64,000 nucleotides of DNA from an uncultured Chloroflexia bacterium (lineage in GTDB: Bacteria; Chloroflexota; Limnocylindria; Limnocylindrales; CSP1-4), in contig CAVVJT010000004.1 of NCBI GenBank assembly GCA_963748625.1, positions 32,001 to 96,000 of the forward strand, written 5' to 3'. The first letter of the stretch is position 1. Every line of letters starts with the position of its first letter. A program made the translations under genes and the position numbers. The notes beneath the pieces are model-generated. The model searched no databases and had not been told where the DNA came from. It saw only the letters and a list, made by a program, of their open reading frames with translations. Positions 59,046-64,000 of this stretch are shown here, one piece after another.

Positions 59046-59217
59046 CATCCGCAGGAGGATGGTCTGGCGCATTCATCCGTGCAGGAATGGAATCCGAGGA
59101 GTGCGTGCAGGGCTCAGGGCCAGAGGTCGGGGTTCGGCGTCTGACCCCCGTACGGCCGGGGCGATTCTGATCCGCACCGGGATTGTTGGCAGATTCGATC
59201 CGCGCAGGGATGGAATC
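59046..59217. repeat. REP-like cluster of four palindromic motifs
   Basis: ATCC-N6-G(G/A)AT(GGAATC) motifs near 59046, 59074, 59169 and 59197. Confidence 0.55.
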
Positions 59218-59286
59218 AGGGGCGGGCGAGCACGAGCAGTGTGCTCCCGACCGGAGCCCGTCCGGGCGGCTGCATGGTCACGGCCG

Positions 59287-59499
59287 TCAGGCGCGGGTGG
59301 CAGGCCCTCCGCCATGCCGGTTCCGCAGGAGGATGCCCGCGAGTGCGGCACCCACCAGCGCGCCCGCAACGATGCCGCGCAGGAGCTGGCTTGGACGGTC
59401 GCCTTGTCCGCCGAGCAGTCCGGCGATCTCGTCCACCGCTCCCAGGCCAGCCACCGGGGGGCGATCGGACGCGCCGCGCGTGGGGCGCAGCCGGCTCAC
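59287..59499 (-). CDS. Small hypothetical membrane protein
   Basis: GTG start overlaps upstream stop; C-terminal GIVAGALVGAALAGILL TM. Confidence 0.45.
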   Translation of the reverse strand: MSRLRPTRGASDRPPVAGLGAVDEIAGLLGGQGDRPSQLLRGIVAGALVGAALAGILLRNRHGGGPATRA

Positions 59500-59780
59500 T
59501 GTCCCGGATCTCCAGACTGCGATCCGAGGGTGGCCAGGATCGCGACGATCCCGATGCCCACCCAGGCCATCACCGAGGCCGGGATGAGCGGGTAGTCGCC
59601 GATGGCCAGGAACGTCAGCCCCAGCCTGGCGCCGATCGCGGCGCCAGCCCATGCCCCCAGCGCCGCCGCGATGTACATCAGCGGCAGGCGCGACCCACCG
59701 TCCCCGCGGATCAGCACGTAGACCGAGGTGTAGATGAGCCCCAGGAGCAGCGAGAGCGGGAGGGCCGGCCCAATGGTCAT
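59496..59780 (-). CDS. Small 3-TM membrane protein
   Basis: ATG overlaps mnmA stop; three hydrophobic segments. Confidence 0.6.
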   Translation of the reverse strand: MTIGPALPLSLLLGLIYTSVYVLIRGDGGSRLPLMYIAAALGAWAGAAIGARLGLTFLAIGDYPLIPASVMAWVGIGIVAILATLGSQSGDPGQ

Positions 59781-60997
59781 GCGGACGCTCCCGCGAGCGG
59801 GGTGTCGGCCGCGACCAGGGTGTCGGCCGCGAACCGGCGATCGCCCGGGGGCACGGTCCCGGGACCCGCCAGGGAGGGTTCGATCCGGCCTCCGCCGAGG
59901 CACACGTCCCCGTCGTATAGCACGCACGCCTGGCCCGGCGCGATGGCCCACACGGGTCGCGTCGTCGTCACGCTCCAGCGGCCGCCGCGGGCCTGCTCTG
60001 CCGCGGTTGCCGGCCGCACCTCGGCCTCCACGAGCTCCGCCCGGTGGCGGATCCTGACCTGGGCGGTGAACGGCAGCCAGGCTCCGTCAGCGGCGCGGCC
60101 CGCGGGCGGCGTGTCCGCCAGGAACGAGACCCCTTCGAGCGGGATCACGGTGGTCTCCAGGTCCTCGCGTCGGCCGAGCACGATCGCATTGGTCGCCGGG
60201 TCGATCCGCGACACGTAGCGCGGCTCGCCGGTCGCGACGCCCAGGCCCTTGCGCTGGCCGACCGTGAAGCCTGCTGTGCCGTCATGTGTGCCCACGCGAG
60301 TCCCGTCACTGTCCACCACAGGCCCCGGAACAGGCTGCCAGCCACCCCGGTCGCGCAGCTCCGCACGGTAGTCGCCGCCAGGCACGAAGCAGATCTCCTG
60401 GCTCTCGGGCTTCTCCGCGGTCACGAGGCCCAGACCTCGTGCGATCTCGCGCACCTGCGGCTTGCGCAGGTCGCCCAGCGGGAAGCGGCTGTGCCACAAC
60501 TGGTCCTGGCGCAGGCCATACAGGAAGTAGGTCTGGTCCTTCGCCTCGTCGGCGGCACGGGCGAGGACGGCTCGGGGACCGTCCCCGGTCTGGACCTCGA
60601 GCCGCCGCGCGTAGTGACCGGTCGCCACGGCGTCACACTCGTACAGTTGGCGGGCCTGGCCCAGCAGTGCCCCGAACTTCACGACGGTGTTGCAGTCGAT
60701 GCAGGGACTGGGTGTCCGTCCGTCAAGGTAGGCGGCAAGGAACGGCTCGATGACGCCCGCCCCGAACTCGCGTTCCAGGTTCATCACGTAGAAGGGGATC
60801 CCAAGGCGGGCGGCGACACGACGCGCGTCGTCGGCGGCATCGGCCGAGCAGCAGGACTTGCGGAACTCCGAGTAGCTGTCGGCGGCCTCATGGAGGCGCA
60901 TCCACACGCCCACCACCTCGTGGCCCTGCTCGTGCAGCAGTGCCGCAGCGACGGAGCTGTCCACGCCGCCGGACATCGCGACGAGGATCCGGCTCAT
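59777..60997 (-). CDS. mnmA: tRNA-specific 2-thiouridylase MnmA
   Basis: [49 protein letters not shown] motifs. Confidence 0.96.
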   Translation of the reverse strand: MSRILVAMSGGVDSSVAAALLHEQGHEVVGVWMRLHEAADSYSEFRKSCCSADAADDARRVAARLGIPFYVMNLEREFGAGVIEPFLAAYLDGRTPSPCIDCNTVVKFGALLGQARQLYECDAVATGHYARRLEVQTGDGPRAVLARAADEAKDQTYFLYGLRQDQLWHSRFPLGDLRKPQVREIARGLGLVTAEKPESQEICFVPGGDYRAELRDRGGWQPVPGPVVDSDGTRVGTHDGTAGFTVGQRKGLGVATGEPRYVSRIDPATNAIVLGRREDLETTVIPLEGVSFLADTPPAGRAADGAWLPFTAQVRIRHRAELVEAEVRPATAAEQARGGRWSVTTTRPVWAIAPGQACVLYDGDVCLGGGRIEPSLAGPGTVPPGDRRFAADTLVAADTPLAGASA

Positions 60998-62178
60998 CCG
61001 GCGACAGCCTCGCGACCGGGGCCGGCCGTCCGGGCCGGAGCCACGGCGGCAAGCCGCCGGATCACCTGCGGCACGACCCGGCACGCCTCGTCGATCTCGG
61101 CCTCTGTGGTCGTCCGGCCGAGCGACAGCCGCACGGCACCGCGTGCCTCCTCCGCCGGGTAGCCCATCGCGCTGAGCACGTGGCTGACCTCGTCGGAGCC
61201 GCTCGTGCATGCGGATCCGGTGGAGGCGCCGACGCCCTCGAGATCGAGTGCCACCGTCACCGAGCCGCCATCAACACGCGGGACAAGGATCGAGAGGATG
61301 TGCGGCAGACGCTCCATCGGGTGCCCGGTGAGCTCCACGCCCTCGATCGCCAGAATGGCGGCGGCCAGGCGGTCGCGCAGCGCCAGGACGTGTGCCCGAG
61401 TGGCCTCCCGCTCGGCCGCGACCAGCTCGAAGGCGCGGGCCATGCCGACGGCACCCGCGACGTTCTCGGTTCCCGCGCGCCGGTGCCGCTCCTGGGAGCC
61501 GCCGTGCTGCTGCGCGAGGATGTGGGTCCCGCGACGGATCCAGAGGGCCCCGGTCCCCTTCGGCCCTTCCGCCTTGTGGGCACCGAGGGCGAGCAGGTCG
61601 ACCCCGAGTGCGTGCACGTCCAGATCCACCCACGGCGCACCCTGCACCGCGTCCACGTGGAACAGGATCCCGCGCCGGGCGCGAACGACGGTCGCGATGT
61701 CGGCGATGGGCTGGATGGTGCCCACCTCGTTGTTGGCGAGCATCACCGAGACCAGGATCGTGCGGTCCGTGAGCGCCTGCTCGATGTCGGCCGGGTCCAC
61801 GCGGCCGTACCGGTCCACGGGAACCTCGACGATCTCGAACCCGAACTTCTCGAGGTGCGAGAGGGTGTGTCCAACGCAGTGGTGCTCGACTGCGGAAGTC
61901 ACGATCCGGGCGCCGCGCGCACGTCCCGCCCAGGCAGCGCCCTTGAGCGCGAGGTTGCTCGCCTCGGTGCCGCCGCTGGTGAAGACCATCTCCCGCGCCT
62001 CTGCCCCGATCGAGCGGGCAAGACGGTCGTGCGCGTCGTCGAGCGCCTCGCGGGCCACCCGTCCGAAGGCGTGCGACGAGGACGGATTGCCGAAGGTGCC
62101 CCCGAGGTATGGGAGCATCGCCTCGAGCACTTCCGGCCTGAGGGGCGTCGTCGCGGCGTGGTCGAGGTAGATCGCCAT
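60994..62178 (-). CDS. iscS: Cysteine desulfurase (IscS/NifS type)
   Basis: [41 protein letters not shown] motifs. Confidence 0.92.
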   Translation of the reverse strand: MAIYLDHAATTPLRPEVLEAMLPYLGGTFGNPSSSHAFGRVAREALDDAHDRLARSIGAEAREMVFTSGGTEASNLALKGAAWAGRARGARIVTSAVEHHCVGHTLSHLEKFGFEIVEVPVDRYGRVDPADIEQALTDRTILVSVMLANNEVGTIQPIADIATVVRARRGILFHVDAVQGAPWVDLDVHALGVDLLALGAHKAEGPKGTGALWIRRGTHILAQQHGGSQERHRRAGTENVAGAVGMARAFELVAAEREATRAHVLALRDRLAAAILAIEGVELTGHPMERLPHILSILVPRVDGGSVTVALDLEGVGASTGSACTSGSDEVSHVLSAMGYPAEEARGAVRLSLGRTTTEAEIDEACRVVPQVIRRLAAVAPARTAGPGREAVAG

Positions 62179-62305
62179 GGTCGGGGGATTGTACGCCGCG
62201 ACCACGACCACCCAGCCCGCACGAGGCCCGGGATGCACTTCGGTCCTACACTCCGGGTACAGACCGGTCCACCCCGCCACCCTCCACCGGAGGCACCTCC
62301 AGGCC

Positions 62306-64000
62306 ATGCGCAGGATCCTCGCCCTCGTCATCCCCGCGGTGCTGGTGCTGGGCCTCCTGCCGGCAGCCGCGGCCGCGGCCACCCAGACCGTGACAGGCAC
62401 CATCACCACCGAGGGCAAGATCGCCCTGTCGACCGACGCGATCGCCGTTGTCACCCTCGTCGACCAGCAGGCCTCGCCCGAGGCCGGGACGATCATCGGC
62501 CAGCAGCGGATCGAGTCCGTGCAGTTCCCGATCTCGTTCGGGGTCACCTACGACGATGCGCGCGTGGACCCGACGCACAGCTATGCGCTCTACGCGAGCG
62601 TGATCGACGGAGCGACGCGCTACCAGAACGCGGAGCCGGTGCCGGTGATCACCGGCGGGCCCACGCAGGACGTGACGGTGAACGTGACGCCGCTGTCGAC
62701 GTCCGGCAATGCGACGGTCGGCGGCGTGATCGTCCGTACGGACAAGTCCGCGCTGACGCCCGATGCGGTCGCCGTGGCGGCACTGGTGAACGCCACGACC
62801 GGCACGCTCGTCGCACGCCAGGTCCTCCCCTCCCCGACCGAGCCGATCACCTTCTCGATCCTGTTCAACCCGGCCGTCATCGATGACAGCGCGACGTACG
62901 TGGTGAGCGCGGCAATCGTGGACGGGTCGCGCTACTGGCAGGCACAGGAGCCGCAGCCGGCGATCGCCAATGGCGCCGTCATCCAGCCCATCGAGGTGTC
63001 GGTGACGCCTCTCAAGGCCCCGGCGCCCACGCCGGAGCCGACACCGGAGCCGACGCGGCGCCGAGCCGACGCCGGAGCCGACGCCCGAGCCGACGCCCGA
63101 ACCCACGCCAGAGCCGACGCCCGAACCCACGCCGGAGCCGACGCCAGAGCCGACCGCGGAGCCGACGCCGCCGCCCACGCCCACGCCGACGCCCACACCG
63201 ACGCCCGAGCCGACCGCGAAGCCCACGCCGTCGCCCACGTCGGAGCCGACGCCGTCGCCCACGCCCACGCCGGAGCCGATCGTCACCCCGACCCCGACCG
63301 CGTCGCCTTCGCCCACGCCCGCTCCGACGCCGACGGCCTCACCCTCGCCCACGCCGAGCCCCTCGCCTTCTCCGTCACCTTCTCCGTCGCCGACCCCCGC
63401 ACCGACCGCCGGCACCATCAGCGGAACGCTGACCTGGGCGGAGGACTTCGTGCCGTCGCAGGACGCCCGTGCCGTCGTGCTGCTGGTCGAAGGCACGAGC
63501 GGGCCGACGGCCGGGACCATCATCACGTCCACGTCGATGACGGATCCGGGTGACCAGCCGATCGCGTTCAAGCTGTCCTACCCGATGGCGGCAGTCACCG
63601 AGGGCACGCCGTATCGCCTGTATGCGGGCGTGACCGAGGGCGACCTTGCCTGGGTCACCCCGATCGGCGTGGCCGTCAGTGTCCCGCAGAACCCCGAGAT
63701 CACGGGCGTGGAGCTCCCGCTCCAGTACCGCCCGGACCTCCTGAAGGGCGCCGTCACCGGCACCATCAGCGGCGACGGTCTCGACGGGATCACGAACCCC
63801 GACGCCTACGGCACCGCGCTGGTCCTGCGGGTCGACACGGGCGAGACCATCGGCATCCAGATGATCTCGCCGTTCGACATGGCGCCCGCCGACTTCTCCG
63901 TCCCCTACGACCCGACGACGATCGACCCCGATGCCGACTACGTCGCCCGGGCCTCGGTCTGGGATGGCACAGGCATGTGGGTGGCGGACGGAGACATGCC
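62306..64000 (+). CDS. Secreted protein with at least four YbaY/YscW-like domains and a Pro/Thr linker (frameshift near 63057; runs off window)
   Basis: Signal peptide; repeated V/ITGTI..AL..DA..V.L..P..F.I.YD...Y...A domains; PTPE/PSPS linker at about 63020-63405; frame resumes GTISGTLTW. Confidence 0.75.

Noticed and set aside
63020-63405. 12-bp tandem DNA repeat array as a non-coding element
   Set aside because: Explained as a coding PTPE/PSPS linker within a secreted protein

Overview
This 64 kb window is very GC-rich (visibly >70%) bacterial chromosomal DNA, mostly minus-strand housekeeping genes. Gene content and order suggest a high-GC Chloroflexota, possibly Limnocylindria-like (inference). 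It contains two tRNAs (Arg-CCT, Pro-GGG); nrdR-dcd behind tandem NrdR boxes; an EtfAB/acyl-CoA dehydrogenase/EtfD-like electron-transfer module coupled to moaC-mog; two GcvT-family enzymes; der-ispH-cmk::plsC-rluB-scpBA; xerD-recN-nadK-tlyA-clpS-dxs-xseBA-efp; and pepP-mltG-ruvX-alaS-mnmA-iscS. Several large secreted proteins are also present. About six small frameshifts, mostly in homopolymers, look like long-read errors. I found no CRISPR array, transposase or prophage. Best candidates for undescribed biology: (1) an FtsA-like actin ATPase coupled to a membrane-anchored protein with a phage baseplate-J-like domain, inserted between alaS and ruvX-mltG; (2) an orphan protein joining an eCIS-type QRxxGNxAV/VQR motif to a spike-like SYTPGAGNxW C-terminus; (3) a family of ~150 bp palindromic REPIN-like intergenic elements with tandem end-duplications; (4) a promoter-proximal hairpin sRNA candidate with a C6 loop; (5) a Cmk-PlsC fusion. 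All functional calls come from motif recognition by eye; no database searches were run.
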